This document shows positions 35,601-47,183 of a stretch of DNA of 64,000 nucleotides, in pieces; the stretch's first letter is position 1, and each line of letters opens with the position of its first letter. The translations under genes and the position numbers were made by a program. The DNA comes from a virus, in IMG/VR virus record IMGVR_UViG_3300049043_000117, positions 1 through 64,000 of that record. One strand, 5' to 3'. Below the pieces are notes generated by a model. It was not told the DNA's origin and ran no database searches. It saw nothing but the letters and a program-made list of their open reading frames with translations.

Positions 35601-36646
35601 ACATCGACACCTTTTGTTGTCGCTATAAATTCTACCGTCACCAAATTCGTAACGAGACTCACTAAATCCAAAATCATCATCCAAATTGATCAATTCATCA
35701 TCAGCATCATCAATCACATTAACAGAAGTTCCCGATGTGTGTATTTCAATATTAGTACTATCTTGACCTCTATTTACAAATATTGTATTTCCATCAATTT
35801 TACGAATGAACATAGACTCAGAATTAATCATGATATAAGATTTTTCAGATAATACGGATCCATCAACAACAGTAAATTCCGTTTCATCTACAGAGATGTC
35901 TTGAGAAATTTGAGTAATCTCATCATTGTTATAATCTTGCAATGCTCTTGGTTCTGCCTATATACCTTAATTGTCTAGATGCATTGATTCTATTTGTATT
36001 CGTATAATAATCTACTTGGACTTGTTTAATGATAGCATCATTTGGACTTCCAATCGGACCAAACAAATAAGTTTTAGCAACAAAATCTAAAGTATAAACC
36101 AAAACTCTTCTTGTAGTAAAATCTCCCTCATATTGATCATCCATTGCAATTCTTTCAAGTATCATTGGAACATCTCTTGTTTCTCCAACACTTGTTAATA
36201 AATCAATAGTTAAATTAAAATGTGGTTGAAAATATGGCAATATTTGTTCTACTACTTGCAAAGCATCTTCATTTAATTTAGACATTATTGAAAGTCTAAA
36301 ATTTACATTATAAGGAACAGGCATAAAAACCTTTGATAGCTGATTATTTGATTCATCTAAAACTTTAAAAGTTTGCATAGTAGAAGACTTTCTGCTAGAA
36401 TCGTATGAAATTCCAGTCATTTCAAAAGACATTCTGGGAAGAGTAATTGCAACTCTTTTTTCAAATCTGGAACTTGTTCAATTCTTGCCAGAATTTTTGA
36501 ACAGGTCCATAAGAAATTGGAACTGTAATGATACTAAAATCATCTCCAGCATTATCTTTGTGTTTAATTTGAATATTATTAAAAAGAGTACCAAAAGCTA
36601 CTATGGTTTTTCTCAGTATTTCGTGATAAAAGTAACTTGAGATCAT
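35597..36646 (-). CDS. gp15: Tail sheath stabiliser / tail terminator
   Basis: YFYHEILRKTIVAFGTLFNNI, LPRMSFE, PVPYN, QVVEQILPYFQP. Confidence 0.92.
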
Positions 36647-36679
36647 TACAAGTGTGCCTGTAGAGTAATAATTATTTAG

Positions 36680-38109
36680 TTAGTATTCACCAAAAGGGTT
36701 CTTCTGACTGAAATCTAAAATTTCATCTGCAGATAATTCAATTTCAATATTCTCTGCATATGCGTCTAAAAATTCATTTGTTTGAACGGTTGATACTTTA
36801 TAACTTGCAGCAGCTCCAACTATAGATTCTCCTCTTGCAAACGTACCATCAACGACAGAAAGTTTAAGAACTCTATTAATAGAGTCCCAACTTTTAACGT
36901 ATCCAGTTGTACCAGTTCTAGAACCAGTAACGACTTCATTGTAATCGTAATCTCCGAACGTTGTTGAAGTAGGATCAGTGAAAGATATTGTTGGCGTAAA
37001 TGTATATCCTGCACCAGCGTTGGAATAACGAACTGCAACAACGACACCATTGGAATTGAGAACTGTTTCAGCTTTGCATTTCTGATATTAGAAGAAATTC
37101 CGTACTTGTAGGAATGAAAGTTCTTTGAATTGTAACTTGAGGCACTGTAGTATATCCAACTCCTTCCGGATGAAATTCCAATGACCCCAAGAACTCTTGT
37201 GTTTATAACAGCAGTTGCAATTCCACCAAATCCACCTCCACCAGAAATACTAACGATGGGAGGTTCTGTATATCCAAATTCCGGGATTTGTAATAAGAAT
37301 TCTATCAATTGCAAATTTTTGATTTGTAGATCTACTTGTCATAATAGCAACAGCTGTTGCGGTTAACCCACCAGCTGGTGCAGTAGATATAGAAACTATT
37401 GGTGCAAAAGAATAACCAAATCCATCGTTAAGAAGATCTACATATTGAACCGATTTGGAATTTGGATTCGTTGTTGCAAACCCAACCGTCGCAGCAGCTA
37501 CTGTCGCACCAGATCCAACCATTTGAATGGTATAAACATTTCCAAAATCCTTGATAGACTCATTGACTTCAATTCCTGTTGGGTCAACTTCTGGTACATC
37601 AATAATCTCATCTTCGTATTCAAATCTTTCACATCTTAACTCATAAACATATAAGTTATTAAGTTGATAGAATGGTTTTTTCCCTCAACATATTTTATTT
37701 CAAATAAGGATTCATCAAGTGGAAACCAAATTAAATCTCCTTCTTGAGGTCTATACGCAACTTTTCTCTCGTCTTCTGGCCACAATTTCAGTAGAGGAGA
37801 AATAAAATCATCATATCTCTCCTTTGAAATTACAAGATTGATTTCATCATTACTTCTGACACCAAATTTGCTTAACAAATCTCCATTACCACCAAATCCT
37901 TCAAAGTTCATTAAGTAAGCTCTATACGAAAACTATCATCAAACTTTGATGCGGTAACTTCTTTAATGACCGTATTTTCTCCAATAATTCTTCTAGGCAT
38001 GTATAGAACATCCTGTCCATACATTTTGAGTTGTTCGTTAATTAGATCTTGAATAAGTCTCTACCTCACTCGGAGATCCTTGAAGAAAATAAGAGTTAAG
38101 TGGTGACAT
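36680..38109 (-). CDS. gp14: Neck protein
   Basis: QDLINEQLKMYGQDVLYMPR, LSKFGV, RPQEGDLIWFP, FEIKYVE, LDFSQKNPFGEY. Confidence 0.92.
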
Positions 38110-38110
38110 A

Positions 38111-38946
38111 TCAACCTATGAGATCCATTGGTGGTAATTCGTATTCGTCTTTGAGTTGTTGTTCTAATTTTTCCACTTCTGCAACTCCATCATCATAGAT
38201 TTGTCTACCATTGAGTTGCACTCCTCCGGAAGAAGAACTCCGTTAAATTTAATCATGTTTTGACCCCATTGTTTTTTAATCGAGATGCGGTTAGATATTT
38301 TTTCAACCACCAATCATTATAGAGTTTAGGAGCATCTGCAGGATCAAGAATCCTATAACAATCAATAATTACATACTCATTCTCACCAACCTGAGACCAA
38401 TCAATATCAAGATAGAGTTTATGATTCTTTTTGTTAAAACGAATTTGTGCATTTGGGTTCAATAACCAATCCAAATCTTCGAGGTATCTTTTGACCATTG
38501 CATAGTTTAGGAGATCTAATGCACCATAATAATAAACATCATTTAAGAATAATTGATATTTGATATTGAAAAGACCATCTGATATGGTACTAGAATTAAT
38601 TTTGAGGATATTATTTACACCAATAATACTATCTGGAAGGGGTAGATAGTTAACTCCTTCAACATAAGTCAGAGAAGTTAATCCTGCACCAACTACTACC
38701 GGAGATGTACTTGCAGACCCTACTGGACCTGGTTGGGCTTAGAGTTGTTTTAGTTGCAGGAGTGAGTTTATGTTTTAGAAATACACGATCAATACCATCA
38801 TAGTGACAGCTCATGATAATATTGAATTGCATCAGTCAATTAGATTATCGATTTGATCGTCATCTACATTTATTTCTAAAACTGGCTTCCCTAGTTGTTT
38901 GAGACAGTAATCTTTCAACTCCGACTCTACTAGATGGTTGCACCAT
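38111..38946 (-). CDS. gp13: Neck protein
   Basis: ELKDYCLKQLGKPVLEINVDDDQI, FNIKYQLFLND, WLKKY, LNGRQIYDD, YELPPMDLIG. Confidence 0.92.
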
Positions 38947-38981
38947 AAAAAAATACCCCTAGTCTTCTAGAGGTATTTATA
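38947..38981 (-). promoter_or_regulatory. Late promoter overlapping a hairpin and U-tract directly before gp13
   Basis: Minus strand TATAAATAcctctag-aaga-ctaggggtatt, then a T-run, then ATG. Confidence 0.65.
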
Positions 38982-39036
38982 AATTAACAATAAAGGCATT
39001 GACTAAATAATCTTAGTACATTACTAAGATAGTAAA

Positions 39037-39246
39037 ATGACATTATATATTGTTAGCGCAAGACGTTTATCTGATGGTCATACCATTGAAAAATCCCCAC
39101 GCTTAACAACTAATGAGTTAAATGAGGCAATTGATTTAGCAAAAGAATTTTCCTACTGGAAATGCAAGAATCAGAAGGAACTGCATGGCTATTCAATGTT
39201 TTTGAAGAAGAAGGTTAAAATTAAAATCTCTCACAAAGAGTTTTAA
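39037..39246 (+). CDS. Small hypothetical protein
   Basis: 69-aa ORF at the start of the plus-strand island. Confidence 0.45.
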   Translation: MTLYIVSARRLSDGHTIEKSPRLTTNELNEAIDLAKEFSYWKCKNQKELHGYSMFLKKKVKIKISHKEF

Positions 39247-39407
39247 GCATTAAACAATGTTCTAAACCAGATATTACTTCTCTCACAGAAGATTCTGATC
39301 CAGATTCTACATGCGATAATACCGAAATGATTTCAGCATCTTCTTCTGGAGTCCAATTCAGCTCCATCTAAAATTTTTACTTGATCTTTAAGTTCTTCTA
39401 AGGTCAT
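39243..39407 (-). CDS. Small hypothetical late protein (frameshifted)
   Basis: MTLEELKDQVKILD..., with TATAAATA at 39427-39434 upstream. Confidence 0.4.
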
Positions 39408-39442
39408 TTTTCTGATACTTTAAAATTATTTATAATTTAATT

Positions 39443-40909
39443 ATGACGATTAATCAAATAAAAACAATAACGATCGTTGGTGGAGGAACCAGTGGGTGGT
39501 TATACAGCTGCATTTTTATCCCACAATAACCCAAATATAAAGATAACAATAGTAGATAAAGAAGTTGGATGCCCAGTAAACATAGGAGAAGCAACCATAC
39601 TTAATTTTGGACCATTCATGGAAATGTGTGGATTTTATATTGAAGATTGGTTTATAAATGTAGATGCAACATATAAATCTGGTATCTTATTTCCAAATTG
39701 GGTAACAGAAGGAAAAAGTGTTTGGCATCCATTTTATATGAATCCAATTTTTGATGAAAAATTTTCATTGCATGATGCATGGTGTAAAAATAAATCATAT
39801 GATTTTGTTGAATATGCCTTACCCATGTATAAAAACTCAATGTGCAATACTATTGATAGAAATGAATTGACTGCATATGCATTTCATATTGATTGTGGTA
39901 AATTAGTTGAGTTTATAAAAAATAAACTCAAAAATAAAATTAATTTTATACAATCGGAAGTTATTAATTTAGAAAAAGATAATAATAAACTAAAAAAAGT
40001 ATTTCTAAAAAATTTTAAATAATCGAATCTGATTTGTTTATAGATTGCACTGGATGGAAAAGTTTATTAAAAGATTCAGACAGAAACTATTTGAATGGGA
40101 GATTGTTCTGTAATACTCCTCTATGTTCTAGAATACCATATACGAATAGAAAAGAAGAATTAACTCCGTATACAATTACCGAATCGGTACATCATGGGTG
40201 GATATGGAAAACACCAGTGCGAACAAGAATTGGATCTGGATTAGTCTTTAATAGAGATATCACAACAATAGAGGAAGCAAAAGAATATTTTGTAAATTAC
40301 TGGAATAATAGGATTTCAAAGGAAGATTTAAAAGTTTTGGAATTGGACCCCATATTATTCTAATAATATATGGGAGGAAAATATTGTTTCAATAGGACTT
40401 TCTCCTGGATTTATAGAACCACTGGAGAGTACTGGTTTAGCTCTTAATTATTGATGGATTAAAAAAATTGCAAAATAAAATATCAGATAGAACTTGGTCT
40501 AAACTTGACACAGAAATATATAATCTAGAAATGAAACTTCATTTTGAAGATTGTATTGATTTTGTCAGTACTGCATTATTCTAAACCATACAAAAATACT
40601 CCTTTTTGGAATTTTGTTAAACAAACTTACAATCCTTCTGAAAAAATAAAGTTAATCGAAAAAATTCTTTCCGAAAAACTTCTATACTCAAAAGACCGAA
40701 GCGAATATCAAGTATTTTCTGGTGCAAATTGGACTACTTGGATGATTCAACTGGGATACGAGGTAAATAGTAATACAACTGTTGATTCTAGAATTTTAGA
40801 AAAAAGTATGATAGAATATAACAATAAAATTGAAGCTTTCAGAAAAAGTTGGTCTGTTGACCATGATACAGAAATTAAAAGATTAGAATTATTCTATAAC
40901 CTAACATGA
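39443..40909 (+). CDS. Flavin-dependent (tryptophan/PrnA-like) halogenase
   Basis: ITIVGGGTSGW, IGEAT, DATYKSGI (catalytic Lys position), AFHID, LFIDCTGW, GWIWKTP (WxWxIP-like), GFIEPLESTG. Confidence 0.88.
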
Positions 40910-41545
40910 TAAATAAAGGAATTTATAATCCAACACTAGAACCTAATGCAATTGTAGGTGGTTGTATTTCTATCTACCGAAAATACACTTGGACAAATTG
41001 GAAAGAAACTATTGAAACTCTAGAAAATGAATGTAATACTCCAGATTTCCAGAATATATTTGAAATGACCACAACAATAGGTACTGGTATATATCAAAAT
41101 CAAAGAACAAATCTAGATTTAGGAATCACTTATTGTGTCAGAGCTTCGGAAATAAAGAATTAATAAAAATACAAAATCAATTTTGCATGTTAATTAATTC
41201 TACTACCAACTTTCTATGTAAATAAATTCCAAATAACAGAAAGTTATTTTCATGAACCCTATAATTCCTTAAAATATAAAGAAAATACCGAATATAAAAC
41301 TCATTATGATGGATGCACATCTACGCATCGACACATTAGTTGTATATTATATTTTGAATGATAATTATCTCGGGGAGAAATAGAATTTCCAAATTTTAAT
41401 GTAAAAATTAAACCACAATCGGGAATGTTTCTAATGTTTCCATCCAATTTTGCATACGCACATACCGTTAAGCCAGTAGTAAGTGGAACAAAATACGCTT
41501 CTCGTTACTTGGTTGCACGATCAACCAACAGGAGAATTGAAATGA
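40906..41545 (+). CDS. Prolyl-4-hydroxylase-like Fe(II)/2OG oxygenase
   Basis: YKTHYDG...RHISCILY, GEIEFP, MFPSNFAYAHTVKPVVSGTKY. Confidence 0.82.
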
Positions 41546-42311
41546 TATTTAGAGATAATTCAAGTATAACTATCGATTGTTTTACAAATTCTTCTGTAGT
41601 ACTATGAATATTTTCCTATTACACGGCAATTAATGTTAAGTCCAAGTTGGTGGGAAACTCTTTCTCCGAATTTTGAAGTAAATCAAAATGGTACTTTAAG
41701 AACAGAACTCGCAACAATTAAAAAATACCAGGTATTTTTTCTTTACTAAAAAAAGGATTTGTAGTTTTAAATCCTGCAGAACTTTCTATGCAAATTAAAG
41801 ATGTAAATGGAGAGTTAAAATTTACCTACAAATTTGTTGGACCTAATCCAAGATCATATGTTGATTTGCATGATCATAGACAATATTTAGGAGTTTTTGA
41901 CAACAAATATTTACAAGCAAAAATTACGTTACCTTGGTTAATAAAAGAAAAAAAAGGAGTTGAGTTTTTGTTATCAGAACCAACTTGGTCAATGAAAGAT
42001 CCAGGTGAATACCTAATTCCTCCGGAATATTAGATTTCAAGTATCAAAATAATATTAATATAAATTTGTTTATTGAATTAAAAGAATCTAGAATTAATAT
42101 ATCTCCTGGATTTCCTCTTCCTTACATTTTAATTCCTATTTCAGATAAAAAAATTAAAATAAAAAATCATTTAATAACTAATGAAGAATATCAAAAAAAA
42201 TTTGAACTATCCCAACCCCTTGGTTGGACCTCATTTCATAGAAAAAGAAAAGAAATAATAGATAGAAAATCAAAGTGTCCTTTTTTAAATTTTTGTAATT
42301 ATGTTCTGTGA
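41542..42311 (+). CDS. Hypothetical protein (island-associated)
   Basis: ITIDCFT...PSWWETL...KITLPWLIKEKKGVEFL...C-terminal KCPF; frameshifted. Confidence 0.55.
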
Positions 42312-42886
42312 TTTATTTTTCCTACTGCAGTTTGGTATGATACTCTATCAATTAATACGGAAAATTTATTAAATTTTATTTAAGAAAAAAGAAATACATG
42401 TGAAGGAAAAGTAGACTAGTAACACAAATGGTTGGCAATCAAAAGATTTTTCCCCAGAAAGTGATGTAAGATTGTATGAACTATCTTTACGAAATATATA
42501 CAAGAAGTTTAAAAGTAGTAGAACAATTCAAATATGATCTATCTGAGTTAAATTTAAAGTTCTTAAATATGTGGATAAATATTAACTACAAAAATTCATC
42601 AAACAGAGTTCATATTCATCATAATTCAATTTTATCTGGTGTTTATTATTTAAAGTGTCCAGAAAATTGTGGGGATCTTGTATTTCCTAGAAATTATTCG
42701 GAATCATTTATCATAGATAGTATCGGTTCTATTAAAGAAGACAATACATTTAATCATAGGTCAATCTCGTATAGACCAGAAGAAAATAAATTACTACTTT
42801 TTCCATCTTGGGTTCCTCATGAAGTGACAAATAATAACTCGGAAGAAGAAAGAATTTCAATTTCATTTAATTTGGGAATATCTTAA
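42301..42886 (+). CDS. Putative Fe(II)/2OG oxygenase (TIGR02466-like)
   Basis: MWININ, HIHHNSILSGVYY, GDLVF, LLLFPSWVPHEV, RISISFN. Confidence 0.82.
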
Positions 42887-42887
42887 G

Positions 42888-44096
42888 ATGAAAGAATATA
42901 GTATCGGTGTAATCGGTGGAGGTTCGCTGCTGCAGCTGTATCAATTTTATCCATTTTGAATCGCTTCAAAAAGAGAAGGTCTTCCAATAAAATTGACATG
43001 CATTTACGATCCAAACATACCAACAATACAAGTTGGAGAATCAAGTAGTAGTCCAATATTAACTTTATTAATTAATGTTATCAACTTTAAGAGTTTTGGA
43101 TAATTTACCGGAAATTGATGGAACAATAAAGTATGGCGTAAAATATGTAAATTGGTCCAAAAAAGATTTTTATGTAAATCATATAGAACCTGCAATTCAT
43201 TTAAAATAGTCAGAAATTTAGTAACTGGATATTGAAAAAGTAAAAAATAATCATACAAATATATTTTCAATTTTTAATGACAATATTAAAAATTTAATAA
43301 ATGAAAAAAATAATCAAATAAGTGTACAAGGAAATAATTCAACTTATGTTTTTGATTATGTTGTAGATTGTAGAGGATTTGAAAACAATTTTTAATATCA
43401 ATTCCACAGAATATTCTAAACCCGAAGTTTCATCAGTAAATTCTGTTATTTTATTACCAGAAAATATATCAAATGCAAGTGAACTCTACACCACATCAAT
43501 AGCTGATGCATAGAAATGGTTGGATGTTTCAGATTCCACTAACAACAAGAAAAACTTCTGGATATTTGTATAATAAAGAATTGACATCGTATGATGAGGC
43601 AGTAAAAGATTTTTGTAAATTAAAAAATATAGATGAGAATATAGTCTATAATTTAAGGCATTTTTCTTGGGAAGAAAGATATAGAAAAAATCCTACTAGA
43701 ATGGAAATATATTATATTGTGGTAATAAATTATTTTTCTTTGAGCCCAGTAAGCTTTTGCATTACATTACTACGCTGTTTTAACTGATATTACTAATCTC
43801 AAGTATTAAAAGAAAATCCCAAAGAATCAAATACTATTGTTGATAACTTTTATTGTGATTCTATAAACAAAATACAAGATGTTATATCTTTAACTTACCA
43901 ATCAAATATAGAATATAAAACTGAGTTTTGGAATAATATTAAAAAAAAATCAGAAAAAAGATTAATGAACTCACAAAATTTTCGTGAATGGTGTTCAAAT
44001 ATTCAAAATTTTACACATTATTTTTCACATTCAAATGAAATGTTATTAAAGATAGTGGAAGGTATGGAGATAGACATTAATAAATTTAAAATTTAA
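42888..44096 (+). CDS. Second, shorter flavin-dependent halogenase-like protein
   Basis: IGVIGGGS, IYDPNIPTIQVGESS, LDGTIKYGVKYVNW, FDYVVDCRGF, GWMFQIPL, GYLYN, FFFEP. Confidence 0.75.
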
Positions 44097-44102
44097 AGTA
44101 AA

Positions 44103-45130
44103 ATGAATTATATAGAAATTTTTAAAGAACTATCTAATAACATAGATCAGTGGAAATGATAGTTATTTCAATCATTCAATATCTGTTTTTAATATATTAA
44201 AAAAACTAAATTTAGACGAAGATGTTTGTGCAGCCGGATTATATCATTCAATTTATGAAACGGAATTTTTCAATCCAAATATTCAAATTTCCAGACAAAA
44301 ATTAATTGAAATTATAGGTAAAAAATCTGAAGAATTGGTATTTAAATTTTGTCATATAAGAAATAGATTTGAATCAATTTTAAATAATGATTTTGAATTC
44401 AATTCTTTATATTCATAAATCACTTTGTTATATTGAATATGCAAATTTAAAAGAACAAAGTGAAAGAATTTCGGACCCTATCCTACTACAAAGATGTATC
44501 TTATTGCAAGAAAAATTAATGAATTATATTCAAAACATGAGCACTATGACTACAATTTAATTGACGAGAAAGATTTATATATTTTTGATCATTTTTTGGA
44601 TAAAAGTCATATAGAACTATTAAATCAATACTGTTATAATAGTTCCTATCAGACCAAATCATAAAAGTAATATATCTACAAATATTGATTCTCGTTTTGC
44701 GCTAATATCTCTCCGAGTGAATTTGAAAATACAAAATTAATTCCAATAATATCAAAAATATCAAAAATTTTAAAAAAACCTTTATATATTGCACATCACT
44801 ACATAAATCATTATGGACTATTAACGGGAGTAACTGAACATTGTGATAGAGATGATATTGGACAATATACAATATTGGTTTTTCCCAATAACTTTTGGGA
44901 TAGAACTTGAGGTGGAGAAATTGGATTTTATAATAAAGGAAACATTCATAATATTATAGAATATAAATCTGGAAGAATACTTGTATTTGATGCAAGAATA
45001 TCACACAAAGTTTTTCCATTAACCAGAAACTCACAGTCAGATAGATATTCTATAACTATCAAAACTTGTACCGAAGAAGGATTAAATATCTTTGGTAAAA
45101 TATTACAACCCCTACTTAAGAATAGACTCA
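44103..45130 (+). CDS. HD-like (DUF6817-type) domain fused to an Fe(II)/2OG oxygenase domain
   Basis: N-terminal YFNHSISVFNILKK...VCAAGLYHSIYETEFF; C-terminal EHCD...W-GGEIGFY...GRILVFDARISHKV...RYSITIK. Confidence 0.65.
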
Positions 45131-45750
45131 TGAATGATTTTCACATAAAAGGATATATTGGAGTAAAAGAAATTGTCTCAAAAGACGTTGTTGATTTGGT
45201 TTCACAATATACCTTCTGGACGAATTATTAATTTTCAAGAAGAACTTGGAGATGAACTTCAAGTAAAAAATATGCACAGCAAATATGCAGACACTTTAAC
45301 GGAGTCGTTACACTTTACAACTACAACCAAAAATAGAATATGTTACTAAAATGGAACTTATTCCAACGTATTCTTACTATAGAATTTATAGACCAGGAAG
45401 TGTGTTAAAAAAACACGTCGATAGACCATCTTGTGAAGTATCAGCTTCAATATGTTTTAATTATTTTTACGAACATGAAACGGACACTCTAAAGTGGCCA
45501 ATATTTTTTAATGGAACTCCTTTGGTTTTGAAATCTGAAAACCTACTAGTTTATAAAGGAATGGAGGTCCCTCATTGGAGAGAAGAACTTAAAACTTCAG
45601 ATCTTTCTTTTCACATACAAGGATTTTTTCATTACGTCAATAAAAATGGTCCACATACGGACCACACTTAGATAAAAGAATGTGTATAGGAGAAAGAAAA
45701 AAATCTACTTCCAACAAATTTGAAAAATCTTATATAAGTACAATTAATTA
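45131..45750 (+). CDS. Fe(II)/2OG oxygenase-like protein
   Basis: PTYSYYRIYRPGSVLKKHVDRPSCEVSAS, YKGMEVPHWRE, QGFFHYV. Confidence 0.75.
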
Positions 45751-45788
45751 AAATTTATATAAATAATGCAATCCTTGCCTATCAACTC

Positions 45789-46207
45789 TTACTCCGGATC
45801 CCATCCAATTGGATAGGTTGAAAATGGTATATTTTTTGATTTTAAATATTTTTTGCATTGTTTTTCTGCGTTAGATCCATAAAAAGTGACAAGACCTCCT
45901 TGGGATTTTGGCAAATTTACCATATAAAATTCTGCATGTGGTCTCCAGCTGCATATACTCCAGAAAATCCTCCTCCAGCCTCCAGCATTATTTGATGATT
46001 CTTCTGATATATTCCCTATCATTCCAGATGACCACTCCATAATCACTTCCCATATATCAATATCTTCTATTTGCAATTCTCTGCTCGTAATCCCATTCAC
46101 TTGTTGGGGGATAAACAGTTTGTCGTAAATCATCCAGGAAGATTCAAAATATTCAGATCCACGCTTGTCTGGATGAAAAATATGATCAGTTTCTCGAAAA
46201 GGGGCAT
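45789..46207 (-). CDS. Conserved hypothetical protein
   Basis: RELQIEDIDIWEVI...WRPHAEFYMV...TFYG. Confidence 0.6.
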
Positions 46208-46213
46208 AATAAA

Positions 46214-47142
46214 TCAGCTAAATATCTTACTATACAAATACCTTGGAAATCCAGTCTCCTGCGCAGCATTACCATAATCCCAACTGCCGCAGGCCACTAC
46301 CATAAAATGTAGCATTATTAGAGCTCCGCTGCCAGGGTTGCCAGTTACCTCCACCGCCGGGGACCCGCTGCCGGTGCCGGTGGTAGATCCTCCACCTCCA
46401 CCAGCATAAGTAGTGGATGACCCACTTGTTGAAAATGTCCCTCCATTTCCTCCAGGAGCCACTTACCGATCAGCACCAGGCCAGGAATATCCGCCAGGCC
46501 ACCGCCGCGAAGCCACTGGTCAATCCCCCCGGTTTCCTTGGCCTGGAGTTCCTGATGCCTCAGTTCCTGGATAACCTTGTGGTGATCCTGGATAACCTGC
46601 ATGACCACCCCCAGAACCTCCAGGAGCACCACCGTTCATAATACCTGGACCAGTATTACCTCCATAACCTCCACCTATTGCGGTGCTTGATCCAAATACA
46701 GAGTTTGTTCCAGAAATACCTTGAGTAACTCCACCCGGTCTAAAAGGACCACCAGGGCCAATGCTTACAGGGGTCGCGCGCAAGTCCGACCGACGCATTA
46801 TAAACTATACCGCCTGCCCGCAGCGGCCGTGTCCCACTACCACCAGAACCACCGCCTGCAATTAAAAGAAGTTCTCCAACACCAGAACCAGTCGCACTAA
46901 AAGTTCCAGGAGAAGTAAAGGTATGTATTTTATAACCACCAACAGTGGTCTCAGTACCTCCTGTGGCACTAAATTTATTAATGGCACCCCATGAAGTTCC
47001 ATTATAGACTTCTATTGCTCCCGAAGTTGAGTTATATCTCAACATTCCCACACTCGGACTACCGGGTCTTTGTGCATCTGTTCCTACAGGTAATCGAAGA
47101 AAACCAGTGTCGTTAACTGTGGTATTTTTTAAAGTTGCCAGT
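46214..47142 (-). CDS. Glycine-rich virion/fibre protein
   Basis: ATLKNTTVNDTGFLRLPVGTDAQRP...GMLRYNSTSGAIEVYNGTSW...SATGG..GGYKIHTFTSPGTF...AGGGSGG...YAGGGGG; late promoter upstream near 47167. Confidence 0.75.
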
Positions 47143-47183
47143 TGATGTTATTCTCCTTTATGAATTTATTTATATTTAAAAAC

